Shown: positions 39,108 through 49,619, counted from the stretch's first letter. The stretch: DNA of 64,000 nt from an uncultured Bacilli bacterium (GCA_947626095.1 CANQQV010000002.1:97092-161091); one strand, 5' to 3'. Made by a program: numbers and translations. The notes: generated by a model from the sequence alone, not told the origin.

Positions 39108-39749
39108 TTAAATTAAAATATTATTTTTACGGGCCTTAAGATAATTTATCTTTATTCCTTGACTCATAAATTTACTTTCATATTCCGTTAAAGAGTTTTC
39201 AATTTCAGTATTAGCTAAATCTAAAGATATTTCTTCGATAATATAACCATGAGTACTTAAACTTATGATGGAACTTTCAAATAAACCAACATTATCAGTT
39301 TTTTGGATAATTACTTGATCATTAGCAAAAACTTGGTCATAAATATTTAAAAAGACTTCAGATGTTAAGCGTCTTTTAGCATGTCTTTTTTTAGGCCATG
39401 GATCACTAAAATTAAGATAGATAACAGCTATTTCATGATCAAAGATATTCGCTAAATTAAGAGCATCTTCACGAATAATTTTAACGTTAGGTAGATTAAG
39501 ATTAGCGAGTTTTTCTAAAGCACGACATAACACACTTTCATATTTTTCTAAACCAATGAAATTAATATCGGGATTTTTAATTGCTTTATCAATGATAAAG
39601 TTACCTTTACCCATCCCTATTTCTAAATGAATAGGATTATTATTACCAAATAACTCTTGATAATGACCTTTATACTTTTCAGGTTCTAATATAGTATATG
39701 AACTACTAGCAACTAGTTCTTTTGCATTTTTAACATTTCTAAGACGCAT
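39108..39749 (-). CDS. trmB: tRNA (guanine-N7)-methyltransferase
   Basis: MRLR, EIGMGKG, LNFSDPWPKKRHAKRRL, KTDN, TEYE. Confidence 0.97.
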   Translation of the reverse strand: MRLRNVKNAKELVASSSYTILEPEKYKGHYQELFGNNNPIHLEIGMGKGNFIIDKAIKNPDINFIGLEKYESVLCRALEKLANLNLPNVKIIREDALNLANIFDHEIAVIYLNFSDPWPKKRHAKRRLTSEVFLNIYDQVFANDQVIIQKTDNVGLFESSIISLSTHGYIIEEISLDLANTEIENSLTEYESKFMSQGIKINYLKARKNNILI

Positions 39750-39803
39750 TTACATCACCTTTTCTAAACTAAAACATATACTTTTAATAAGGAGGACTTT
39801 ATA

Positions 39804-40121
39804 ATGAGAAAAGATCGTAATACTTTCTTTACTAACTACAATGCCCAAACAGCTAGTTACATGCCTAATGTACCGAATATGCAGGCTATGCCAAATAATA
39901 ATTATGGTCCTTATCAGGCAGCACAAACTAATACAAGTTATTATGCAGGACCAGATATTGGTATGTCAAATGAAATAGATAATCGTTTATCGAAAATTGA
40001 AAGACAAATAAATCGTTTAGATAACCGAGTAACTAAATTAGAAAATAGTATACCAAATATTACAGGTAGTAATAATACGGAAATAAATGAGAATAACTAT
40101 TCTAATATGTATATGCTTTAA
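39804..40121 (+). CDS. Small N/Q/Y/P-rich protein with a coiled coil (spore-coat-like)
   Basis: Strong RBS AAGGAGG; RLSKIERQINRLDNRVTKLE heptads. Confidence 0.55.
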   Translation: MRKDRNTFFTNYNAQTASYMPNVPNMQAMPNNNYGPYQAAQTNTSYYAGPDIGMSNEIDNRLSKIERQINRLDNRVTKLENSIPNITGSNNTEINENNYSNMYML

Positions 40122-41758
40122 ATACTTATCTTACCAAAGGTAAGTTTTTTTATAATTTTGTTAACGTATTCTTTACCAAAGATACGATTAATAATACCCA
40201 TTTTGTAAGATATTACAATATATGTTATTGCTCCTACTAAAGCAATTATAGCTACATAGATAACACAAGATAAACGACTTAAGTAATTAATAGGAATAAT
40301 ATCTTTTAAAACAAGAACAATGATAATCATTATAATAGTAGGAATCATTATAAGACCTAATTCTTTAAAGGTCTTACCATATTTTAAGTTGCAGTCTTTC
40401 TTTAATGAGATTAAAGAAATCATAATACTTAGGGAATAACCAATAATACTAGCAGTTATAGCGCCTAAGTATGAAGGAATACCGATTTTATTAAATAAAA
40501 GCATTAAAGGAATATCTAGTAAAGCATTAGTAGCAAAACCAGCAATTGTGGTTATATAAACGGTTTTAAATTTATTTAAACCTTGTAAAGCAGATGAAGT
40601 TATCATAAAGAAATTAATACATAAGCCATTAAAGACATTTAAAGCAAGTATAATACTACCCTTGATACTATGGCCATAGAAAATACTCCATACAGATTCA
40701 CTTAGTAAGGATAAACCAACGGTCATAGGAATAGTTATAAATAGTAAGATTTGTAAAGCTTGATTAAATTTATTATTAACTTCATGCCAATTTTTTAAAG
40801 TATAAGCACTAACCATTGTCGGAATAAAACTAGTTGTCATTCCCATAGCAATAGAAGCTATTATCATGTTAATTTTAGGGGCCCATGTAGTAATAGAACT
40901 AGTAACAAATTCAACATCAGCAACATTTAGTTTTAAATAATCCATCGTTCTTAAAACTAAAGTCATATCGATAAAGTTATAGCAACTACTAACGATATTA
41001 ATAATAATAAATGGTATAGCATAACTGAATATTTTTTTTACTATTTCTTTGTTAGAAACATCATCTAGTTCATAGTTACCATCTTTATTTAATTCTTTTT
41101 TATTTTTTAAAGTATGATATTTGACAAAGGCGTAAGCAGCTAAACCAGCGATGAAAGCACCAAAGACAGATAAACCAACTGCTAAAGTTACGGAACCACC
41201 AAAGACTTTAATAATTAAATAAGAACCAAGTAATAAAACAGTTATTCTAACAATTTGTTCAATAACTTGACTGGCACTAGAGACATTAATAATCTTGTGG
41301 CCTTGTAAATACCCTTTTTCAACGCTTAAGAATGGGACAATTAAAATAGCAAATGAAACACAGCGGATAGCAAAAGCAACATCAGCTGGCGTATTACCAC
41401 CTTCTAATTCACCTAATAATAAATGAGCAATTTGCGGAGCGAAAATAAACATTGTTATAAAAATAGTAATCGCAAAGAAACTCATTATTTTTTTACTTAG
41501 GTGGTAAGCTCGTTCTTTAGCATCTAACATGCCTAAAGTATTATATTCATTAATTATTTTACTAACAGCAATTGGTAAACCAGCACTAGAAATATCTAAA
41601 AAGATACTATATATCATATAAGCATAAGCATATAAAGCACTACCTTGAACACCAATGATGGCATAAAAAGGTATAACGTAAAGCATACCTAAGATTTTAG
41701 TAATAACGATTGCTAAAGTAGCAATAATTGTTCCTTCAACAAATGAACTTTTTTTCAT
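40118..41758 (-). CDS. MOP-family flippase (YtgP/MurJ-like)
   Basis: KILGMLYVIPF, SSAGLPIAVSK, SQVIEQIVR; many TM segments; start at MKKSS. Confidence 0.88.
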   Translation of the reverse strand: MKKSSFVEGTIIATLAIVITKILGMLYVIPFYAIIGVQGSALYAYAYMIYSIFLDISSAGLPIAVSKIINEYNTLGMLDAKERAYHLSKKIMSFFAITIFITMFIFAPQIAHLLLGELEGGNTPADVAFAIRCVSFAILIVPFLSVEKGYLQGHKIINVSSASQVIEQIVRITVLLLGSYLIIKVFGGSVTLAVGLSVFGAFIAGLAAYAFVKYHTLKNKKELNKDGNYELDDVSNKEIVKKIFSYAIPFIIINIVSSCYNFIDMTLVLRTMDYLKLNVADVEFVTSSITTWAPKINMIIASIAMGMTTSFIPTMVSAYTLKNWHEVNNKFNQALQILLFITIPMTVGLSLLSESVWSIFYGHSIKGSIILALNVFNGLCINFFMITSSALQGLNKFKTVYITTIAGFATNALLDIPLMLLFNKIGIPSYLGAITASIIGYSLSIMISLISLKKDCNLKYGKTFKELGLIMIPTIIMIIIVLVLKDIIPINYLSRLSCVIYVAIIALVGAITYIVISYKMGIINRIFGKEYVNKIIKKLTFGKISI

Positions 41759-41768
41759 CTTTAACCAC

Positions 41769-41954
41769 TCATTTTTCTTCATAAATGACCATTGCAGAAA
41801 AGCAATATATCTGATCTTCACCGGACGTTGCAATTGCCACTTGATACTTGATATCAATTATATCACAATTGTTGTCTTTAAGAAATTCATTAATACTGTT
41901 TTCTAAATCCCTTTCATGATTTTCATCAAATAACTTGACACTCACTATTACCAC
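41769..41954 (-). CDS. cse60: Sporulation protein Cse60 (DUF2758)
   Basis: VKLFDENHERDLENSINEFL...IDIKYQV...YCFSAMVIY. Confidence 0.8.
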   Translation of the reverse strand: MVIVSVKLFDENHERDLENSINEFLKDNNCDIIDIKYQVAIATSGEDQIYCFSAMVIYEEK

Positions 41955-42039
41955 CTCTTAAGTTATCTTAGCAAGAAAGAGATGCGAATTATGTAGTAAA
42001 TAGACGAAATAAAAGGTATAATAAACTCAAGGTGGTTTT

Positions 42040-44298
42040 ATGGCAAGATTTAAAAAAGTTATTCCTTATTTAGTTAATATGTTATTAGTATTAGGAATAT
42101 TTATAGGAACGATGATTATCACGAAAACATATCCTTTTGGGGATTATATCTTGGGTAAATCAGATGCAATAGTACAATTTAAACCAATGCTATATAACTT
42201 TATTATGGCTTTAAAAACAGGGACAATTGGTGCTTTTTCTTTTAATAATGGACTTGGTAATCCATTTATCTTTGATTTTATTTATTATTTAGCTAGTCCA
42301 TTAAATTTAATTGCTATTTTCTTTAATAATCCGGATTATATGTATTTAAGCACTCTATTATTAAAGCTAGCTTTAACGGCTGTAACAATAACTTTTTATG
42401 CTAAGAAAAAAACAAATAATAACTTTTTAGCAACTATTATTTGCTTATCATATGTTTTTTCTAGTTGGTACTTTGCGTATTACTGTTACTTACCATATTT
42501 AGATATTTTTTTAATATTTCCGTTATATCAATATGGTTTAGAAAAATTATTAAATGAACATAAATACAATCTTTACATTTTTACACTAGCTTTTACACTT
42601 ATTTCTAACTTTTATTTAGCATTACCAATTCTTATTTACACTTTATTATACTTTGTAATAAGTGAATTAATATATAAAAAACAAACAGCAAAAGAAAAAA
42701 TTAATAACTTTAATTATCTTTTTATAAGTACCCTATTTACTTTTATTTTAATTAGTTTTTATCTATATATTCTTTATTCATCATTTATGAAATCGGGAAT
42801 AGAAACACTAGAAGTAATGAATAGTGATAATACTTTATCAATATTTAATTTTATTAAAACGTTAGTTTTAGGGAATATTAATGTTTTAATGAATACTGAA
42901 AAAACTATATATCCTACACTTTATTTAAATACTTTGATGATAGTAAGTTTCTTTTATTTCTTTGTTAATAGTAAAATAACGAAGAAAGATAAATTATTTA
43001 CAATAAGTTCAATATTATTATTTGGTATATTATTCTTTATATTCTTAAATCCAGTTCTAGATAGATTATTAAGCTCTTTTAATACTAATATTAATTGTTA
43101 TACATTTATTCTAATATTTTTAATAATCGTAATGTTTATAAAGAATGTTAATAACTTAGAAATAAAAGATTCTAAAAAGTTATATTTTATCTTTCTTTTA
43201 ATAGCTATTTTATTATTTATTAATTACAAAAATATTGAATTTAATATTTTAATATTTAATATCGTCTTTATTCTTAGTTTCTTTATCTTATTTATTTTTT
43301 ATAATAATACTAAGTTATATAAAGCTTTAATTGTCTTAGTTTTAATTGTTCAATCATTAGTAGCTAATTGTTTATATTTTTCGGATGAATTAAGTAAAGA
43401 TAATGAAATGATTGATGATATTGTTTATAAAACAGAAACAATTAAATATCGTTTAAATAATTTGGAAAATGACGATAATGATTACTTAAATAAAAATTTA
43501 TATTCCAATGATAAGATGACTTATCTTTTAAGTAACATGACTTATAATTCAGTATTTAGTTTAGATTTTAAATTAGGTTGTGCTACATCAGGTGGTAATT
43601 CTATTGCCTGTCCTAGTAATGGCGAAATATTTGATATGTTATTAAATGTAAAAAATGATCGTTATTTAGAGAAGTTATATGCAGTGAATAAAAATATCTT
43701 ATATATTGATTTAGATGAATATAGTGTTAAAAATTCACATGAATATATTATTGAAGCAATGACAGGTATTAAAGATATTTATGATAAAGAAGTAATAAAA
43801 GGAACTAAAATAAATGATAAATATTATTACCATGTTAAGAGTAATAACTATTTAATTGATTTTATTACGGAAGATAATAATGTTATTAATGAAATACAAA
43901 CTTATAAGAATTTTACTAGTGATTTACCATCATTTACAATATATACGGTAAATCAAGATAAACTTAATGAAGTATATCAACAGTTAGCAAAGAACCAAAT
44001 TAAATATACACATTATGAAGATAGTAAGATGGAAGGAACAATTACGGTGGATAAAGATCAAGTTATCTTCACTTCTCTTCCTTATGATTCTTCTTGGCAA
44101 GTTAAGATTGATGGAGAAAAAGTAGAACCATCAATAGCATTAGATTCATTAATAGTGATTGAATGTCCGGAAGGTGAACATACAATTAGCTTAGAATATA
44201 AAGATAATTATATATTACCAATTATTATTTCTTTAACTAGTTTAGTAATATATGTAGGTAATATTTTCTATCAAAGAAAAAGGAGTGTTAATAACTAA
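42040..44298 (+). CDS. YfhO-family membrane protein (second paralogue)
   Basis: GLGNPF...YYLASPLN; C-terminal TSLPYDSSWQVKIDG. Confidence 0.85.
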   Translation: MARFKKVIPYLVNMLLVLGIFIGTMIITKTYPFGDYILGKSDAIVQFKPMLYNFIMALKTGTIGAFSFNNGLGNPFIFDFIYYLASPLNLIAIFFNNPDYMYLSTLLLKLALTAVTITFYAKKKTNNNFLATIICLSYVFSSWYFAYYCYLPYLDIFLIFPLYQYGLEKLLNEHKYNLYIFTLAFTLISNFYLALPILIYTLLYFVISELIYKKQTAKEKINNFNYLFISTLFTFILISFYLYILYSSFMKSGIETLEVMNSDNTLSIFNFIKTLVLGNINVLMNTEKTIYPTLYLNTLMIVSFFYFFVNSKITKKDKLFTISSILLFGILFFIFLNPVLDRLLSSFNTNINCYTFILIFLIIVMFIKNVNNLEIKDSKKLYFIFLLIAILLFINYKNIEFNILIFNIVFILSFFILFIFYNNTKLYKALIVLVLIVQSLVANCLYFSDELSKDNEMIDDIVYKTETIKYRLNNLENDDNDYLNKNLYSNDKMTYLLSNMTYNSVFSLDFKLGCATSGGNSIACPSNGEIFDMLLNVKNDRYLEKLYAVNKNILYIDLDEYSVKNSHEYIIEAMTGIKDIYDKEVIKGTKINDKYYYHVKSNNYLIDFITEDNNVINEIQTYKNFTSDLPSFTIYTVNQDKLNEVYQQLAKNQIKYTHYEDSKMEGTITVDKDQVIFTSLPYDSSWQVKIDGEKVEPSIALDSLIVIECPEGEHTISLEYKDNYILPIIISLTSLVIYVGNIFYQRKRSVNN

Positions 44299-44882
44299 CA
44301 CTCTTCTTTTTGAGCTTGTTTTTTTAAAATCAAAATCTTTCGGGTTTCAACACTACCTCTTCTTTTTAGTAAGCAACGACCACATAAGGGAACATAGCCG
44401 GCATCACCAACTAAGACAGCGTCGGTTTTTTCACCTTCAAAGTAAGTATATGGGGCTTCTCTACCACAATCATAACAACTAGCTTTAATTACTTCAATTT
44501 CATCACTAATAGCTAAGATTTGCGGCATGATGAGAAATGGTTCTTGTTCAGAAGTTTGATTTAAACCACCAACGTATATATCCATATCATTAACAATTGA
44601 TAAGTAAGACAAAACACTAACATTACCTTGCATAAGTTGTGCTTCATCAACAAAGATTGTTGTAACAGAATCATCAACATAATCTAATATTTCATCAAAA
44701 GTATCAATACCAATAGATGGAACTCCATCACCATAATCTTTACTTTTCATAACACCGATATCACGGGTATCACAGTTAGGTTTAAAACACTTAACGTGTT
44801 CTTTATTCCATATTTTATTATAAGTAGCAATCATAGCAGCTGTTTTACCACTATGCATAGGGCCAGTAAATGTCTTAATCAT
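44295..44882 (-). CDS. tdk: Thymidine kinase family protein
   Basis: GPMHSGKT, FKPxxDTR, VDEAQ, zinc sites CYDC and CGRC. Confidence 0.8.
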   Translation of the reverse strand: MIKTFTGPMHSGKTAAMIATYNKIWNKEHVKCFKPNCDTRDIGVMKSKDYGDGVPSIGIDTFDEILDYVDDSVTTIFVDEAQLMQGNVSVLSYLSIVNDMDIYVGGLNQTSEQEPFLIMPQILAISDEIEVIKASCYDCGREAPYTYFEGEKTDAVLVGDAGYVPLCGRCLLKRRGSVETRKILILKKQAQKEEC

Positions 44883-45987
44883 GTTTTAACTCCTTCTTAG
44901 CAGCTGGTTTTATTAAAGCCATACTTTTATTAGAATATTTATTATCATTAGTAACTTGATCAATAACCGAAACAAAATCAGGAATTAAGACTTTTTCATC
45001 AGCAGAAACATTAATTTCTAAGATACCTAATTCTTGATCATTAGCAAAGATATCTAAGTAGAAATATTCACCTTGGTAACTAAAGTAATAACGTTTTTTA
45101 TGAACAGGACTATATCTTTCATCTTTAAATTCCATTAAACTATCATATACTTTACTATCAATTTGTTTTTCACTAACAATAACTTTAGTACCATCTGCTA
45201 AAGTTTTATAAACACTCATATAGTAAGTATAAGAATTACCCATTTGAACTTTTCTAATTCTTTTTTCAACATCTTCACTACTCTGTAAATATACTTGTTC
45301 GATATTAACACAAGAACTATTATTAGTAATATAAGCAATATCACTCTTAGTTAAATCGACTAAGTATTTTTCTTGTCTTTTAACTTGTTTTAAATTTAAT
45401 AACTTATTTATTTCATTTAAGACTTCTTTTATCTTATCGTCTAATTCATCTTTTGGAAGAATTATTTTTACTTTAGGATGTCCTAACCAAACTTTTAAGG
45501 TCTTTTTACCTAGTTCTAAAGCCGAAGTAACATCTTCACTACGAGCTTTATTATTTTCCGTAGTATAGAAATCTTCACGACTAACTAAGTTAATAACTAA
45601 ATCATATTTATTCATTAATTCAGAAATATTTTTAACATGGTTTAAACGAGTTAGTACTTCTTCAAATTCTTGTTCATTGATATAAGCACGATTGTCAATA
45701 GTACCACGATCATAAACGATAATAACATTTTCATTAGGTAACATATTAACAGCACGATCAAAGACTTCTTCTTTAGCTAGTTGCATACGCATTACTAGTT
45801 CTTGGAAATCAACTAAGTCAACTGCTCCTTCACCAAATGGTTTTATACCATGATTAATTAAATAAGATGCTGTTTCATCAATAATAATTACTTTATAACC
45901 TTGCGCTGTAAATACTTGATCAATTTTTTCTAAGACTGATGTTTTACCACTACCAGGACCACCAGTTAAAACAATCCTTTTTATCAT
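44875..45987 (-). CDS. AAA_28 (NadR/Ttd14-like) P-loop domain fused to a CYTH-like domain
   Basis: IVLTGGPGSGKT and YDRG; C-terminal IEQVYL, RIRK, KKRYYF, LDIF, ILEI. Confidence 0.8.
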   Translation of the reverse strand: MIKRIVLTGGPGSGKTSVLEKIDQVFTAQGYKVIIIDETASYLINHGIKPFGEGAVDLVDFQELVMRMQLAKEEVFDRAVNMLPNENVIIVYDRGTIDNRAYINEQEFEEVLTRLNHVKNISELMNKYDLVINLVSREDFYTTENNKARSEDVTSALELGKKTLKVWLGHPKVKIILPKDELDDKIKEVLNEINKLLNLKQVKRQEKYLVDLTKSDIAYITNNSSCVNIEQVYLQSSEDVEKRIRKVQMGNSYTYYMSVYKTLADGTKVIVSEKQIDSKVYDSLMEFKDERYSPVHKKRYYFSYQGEYFYLDIFANDQELGILEINVSADEKVLIPDFVSVIDQVTNDNKYSNKSMALIKPAAKKELKHD

Positions 45988-45993
45988 AAACCT

Positions 45994-46551
45994 CTACCTC
46001 ACCTTTTTTATTGTTCTATTTTCTATATCTAATTCATGGACAGATGCTGGTGTAACACCAAACTGTTTTTTATCCATATCAACATCACGATTATTTAAAA
46101 CGAAATAAATCATGTTAATAACTCCACGATGTGTAATAAGAAGAGTATCTTCTTGAAGAGTCATTAATTTTTCTAAATATTCTTTTATACGATTATATAA
46201 ATCTCTTAATGATTCACCTTCAGGATAAATAGTATCAACCGTAACATTACTTAATAAATCATGATATTCTTCTTCGGCTTTTTCTTGTAACATACCATTT
46301 AATAACCCTTTATTTTGTTCTCTTAATTCAGTACTTGGTAAATAAGCAAGCTTTAAGATATCACAAACGATATCAGCTGTTTGCATTGCTCTTTTAATAT
46401 CACTAGAAATTACTTTAGTAATATGTAAATTATCTTTTATCCATAAGGCAGTATCAATTACTTCCATCTTTCCTTCTTTTGTAAGACCGACCTTACTCCA
46501 GCCACCAATATAATTTTCATCATCTTGGCCATGGCGCATTAAATAAACCAC
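45994..46551 (-). CDS. Histidine phosphatase family protein
   Basis: RHG, SSDIKRA, LRE, GES, TH; GTG start after RBS GGAGGTG. Confidence 0.9.
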   Translation of the reverse strand: MVYLMRHGQDDENYIGGWSKVGLTKEGKMEVIDTALWIKDNLHITKVISSDIKRAMQTADIVCDILKLAYLPSTELREQNKGLLNGMLQEKAEEEYHDLLSNVTVDTIYPEGESLRDLYNRIKEYLEKLMTLQEDTLLITHRGVINMIYFVLNNRDVDMDKKQFGVTPASVHELDIENRTIKKVR

Positions 46552-46596
46552 TCTTTCACCTCCTTGATTTGGGAAAAATAAAAACATATTTTAGTT

Positions 46597-47271
46597 TTAA
46601 AATATATCTTTATCCACAATTTTATCTTTAAATTTATAAACTTTAGCTGGTTTGTTACCTTCAAAGCGATCGCTACGATTAGTATCTTCGATTAAATCTA
46701 AATTAAGTATTTTTTTACGAAAGTTACGACGATCAAATTTTTTATCTAAAATAGCTTCATAAGTTTTTTGTAATTCGGGCAACGTAACACCATCAGGGAA
46801 TAGACTTTTTAAAATATTACTTTTGACAATCTGTTTACGTAATTCTAAGATAGCATCATGTAAGATTTCTTCATGGTCATAACCTAAAGGCGGAATCTTA
46901 TCAATGGGGAACCAATCAGCATTAGAAGTATTCTTAGTTTCACGTAATAAGTTAACTCTTTTACTATCTAAGATACCAATAAAACCAATGGCAACCATAC
47001 GCATTACTGGGGAACGATCTACTTTACCGAAAGCTTTAAATTGATTAATTTTAACTTCAGTAATACCAGTTTTCTCTTTAATTTCTCTTAAGGCGCCATC
47101 TTCTAAGTTCTCATTATTATATAGGGCTCCACCGGTTAAAACCCAGTCACCAAGAAATGGCTCATTCTTACGTTTAATAAGTAAAACTTTAGTAATACCT
47201 TGTTCAACAGTAAATAAGGCTGTAATAACATGAATTCCTTGACCTTTATATAACTTGTTTTTGACTTCCAT
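46597..47271 (-). CDS. nrtR: NrtR-family Nudix/wHTH transcriptional regulator
   Basis: VLLIKR..PF..W..GG, REIKEKTG, then winged HTH (TLPELQ..YE..L...DRRNFRKK, PAKVY). Confidence 0.88.
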   Translation of the reverse strand: MEVKNKLYKGQGIHVITALFTVEQGITKVLLIKRKNEPFLGDWVLTGGALYNNENLEDGALREIKEKTGITEVKINQFKAFGKVDRSPVMRMVAIGFIGILDSKRVNLLRETKNTSNADWFPIDKIPPLGYDHEEILHDAILELRKQIVKSNILKSLFPDGVTLPELQKTYEAILDKKFDRRNFRKKILNLDLIEDTNRSDRFEGNKPAKVYKFKDKIVDKDIF

Positions 47272-47288
47272 ATCATCACCCTATAATT

Positions 47289-47318
47289 ATTATAATGCGT
47301 ACAAAATACACTTGTCAA
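47289..47318 (-). promoter_or_regulatory. SigA promoter with an NrtR-type operator in the spacer
   Basis: Minus strand TTGACA (47313-47318), 18 bp, TATAAT (47289-47294). GT-N7-AC core at 47299-47309 within ATGCGTACAAAATACACTT. Confidence 0.75.
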
Positions 47319-47369
47319 TATCTTATTCCTAAAATTATAAAATATGTTATAATTTAAACATAATAAAGG

Positions 47370-48002
47370 GTGAATAAAATGATTTTAGTAATATTAATTT
47401 TTTTAGTACTGGTTTGTTTAGTTAAAGTTAGTAATAACCATGATTTAATTAAAGCAAATTGTAAGACACCAGAAGCTACAGCTAATGTTAAGAATGCGAA
47501 GAAAGTATTTAATCGTGAAAAGTACTCTATTGCCTTCTTTGCTATAGGTGTTCTATTAATCATTTTTATTGTAATATGTCAGTTTACAACTTTAGATACG
47601 ATTATTATTAATTATTTTTCAGCAGATTTTTATACAGAAGACTTCTTTAATAGTTATCTTTACTATATTCCAGCTTTTATTTTAGTAAGTCGTAAGATCC
47701 TTGTGGAAGTTAAAATGTCAGAATTTTTACATAAGTATTTTGAAGTAGTTGAAGAAGAAATAAGTAGTGCTGAAGTTCTTAAGAGTATTTTATATAAAAA
47801 GAAACCGGCGGCTACTCCTCCTAGTGATGGTAAGGATGCGAAGAACGAGGATGCAGTTAAAGATGAGGGAGCAACTAAGGATGAAGCTAAAACTGCGGAT
47901 GTAAAAGAAGAGCAAAAAGATGAAGCGAAAGACGAAGTTAAGGAAGAAGTATTAACAACTAGTGAGGATAGTACGGAAGTTTTAAGCGAAGAAAAAAATT
48001 GA
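47370..48002 (+). CDS. Hypothetical membrane protein with an acidic tail
   Basis: Three hydrophobic segments; K/D/E/A-rich C-terminus. Confidence 0.65.
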   Translation: MNKMILVILIFLVLVCLVKVSNNHDLIKANCKTPEATANVKNAKKVFNREKYSIAFFAIGVLLIIFIVICQFTTLDTIIINYFSADFYTEDFFNSYLYYIPAFILVSRKILVEVKMSEFLHKYFEVVEEEISSAEVLKSILYKKKPAATPPSDGKDAKNEDAVKDEGATKDEAKTADVKEEQKDEAKDEVKEEVLTTSEDSTEVLSEEKN

Positions 48003-48149
48003 TGTTTTGGGGCATCAATTTTTGTTTGGGATAAGTGAATATTAGTTTTGGTTGGTTATAAATTGTAACCGACTGACTTATTTAGATTTTCGTTTGGCTT
48101 TTACGATCGCTTTCCTGAGTACAGGAAACTCTTATTATTAAGTATTTAT

Positions 48150-48248
48150 CTATATTAGCATTTGAGATAAATTTTTGATATTTTCAAATATAAATTCAAT
48201 TTTATCTAGTTTCTTTTCAGTATGATAATGTCCACAATACCATTTTCT
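48150..48248 (-). pseudogene. 3' remnant of a metallophosphoesterase gene
   Basis: Manual translation RKWYCGHYHTEKKLDKIEFIFEN...stop (GHxH motif V); no intact upstream frame. Confidence 0.55.
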
Positions 48249-48715
48249 TGTTTAATATCAAAATAATCCTATCCTAATGCTACTTTTTTCTGGAGTGCAT
48301 TCTAAACTATTAAATAACATGCAGATCTTGTTAAGTGATAACTTATAACATTTTAAATATTATCTTTTCCGCCTACTATCGTTTTCCTGACTTCAGGAAA
48401 ATGAATATTAAAACTATTATTACTAGTTACACTGGCAATCGGTGCACGTTTTACAACTTTATAATCATTCTCCATTTAATATGCTCTATTAAAGGCATTA
48501 ATTCTTTTTTTTACCAATATTCGTTTCCTTAATCATCGACATGCTTAATATCATTTAAAGTTTTTTCTGTATAATTTTCTATATTGTTCGTTTATTATCC
48601 CTTCTGTTGAATATTATATAAACTTTTTGTTATTGTTTTGGTAGCTGTATAAGTGGTTTGTCTATTTTTTTATGCATGCCATGTCGCAACCTTCTGAATT
48701 TATGTGATTACTTTT

Positions 48716-49619
48716 CTAAAAATCAGGCATCTCAAGTACTAACCTCTTAGGTTTATCTTGGTCTTCGGTGTACTTAAGCCATTTATCTTCTCTTACTCTA
48801 TCGATTGTATCTAAGTCATGTTGGTATTTAAGTAATGATATTTCTTTAGCATAAGAATCTTCTTTTTTACTAGTTCTTTCTTGACCTTTTAATAATAAAG
48901 ATCTATATCCATCACTTAATAATGAATTAGTATACTTCGTATATAGTTCATTGGAATCATCTAAGTCATTATTACCAATATCTATTTTATATACTTTAGA
49001 TAATAATTTAACTGTATCTTGATATGATAAACCTTCATATAACATAATATAACCTGTTATATTAAATGATTCACCACACGCAAAACAGCGACCTAGTCCA
49101 ACGCCATTACTAATACCTAGTGATGGACTTTTTTTCCCTATGAAACTGACAAGTAAATAAATATGAATCTAGAGAATATGGTTTTATTTTAGGATTAGTA
49201 TTATTAGTATATACTAAATGAGTTAATGAACATTCTTCTTGTAAGTATTGTTTTAATGTTTTAGGAACAATACTTTCTTCTAATAGTTTTAATAATTTAA
49301 TATAATCAGTTAATACTTGAGTTATTTCATCTAACCATGCTCTTTTATTATCTCTAGTAGTTATATATTCTTCTTTATCTTTTTCATTTCCTTTTTGTCT
49401 TAAGATATAACTATATAATCTTACATATTCATACCAGTCTAAATAAGCTCTTTTTTTCATAAGAACTACTTCTTTAATTACTTTTTTTATTACTTCATAA
49501 TCTTCTAAAGTTAAACCTGTACTATGTAAGTAATAATAGTATTTATTTAATTCTTGATTATACATTTCAAGTAATTCATAATCACTTATTTCATAATCTT
49601 TTTCTTCTAATATTTCCAT
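48716..49619 (-). pseudogene. CHC2 zinc-finger protein gene interrupted by one extra A in an A7 tract
   Basis: Removing one A at 49129-49135 joins the two track ORFs: CQFHREK/SPSLGISNGVGLGRCFACGESFN...YEGLSY (300 aa). Confidence 0.85.

Noticed and set aside
49129-49138. Programmed -1 frameshift at A AAA AAG in the CHC2 gene
   Set aside because: Restoring the zinc finger needs a +1 shift (loss of one A), not -1.
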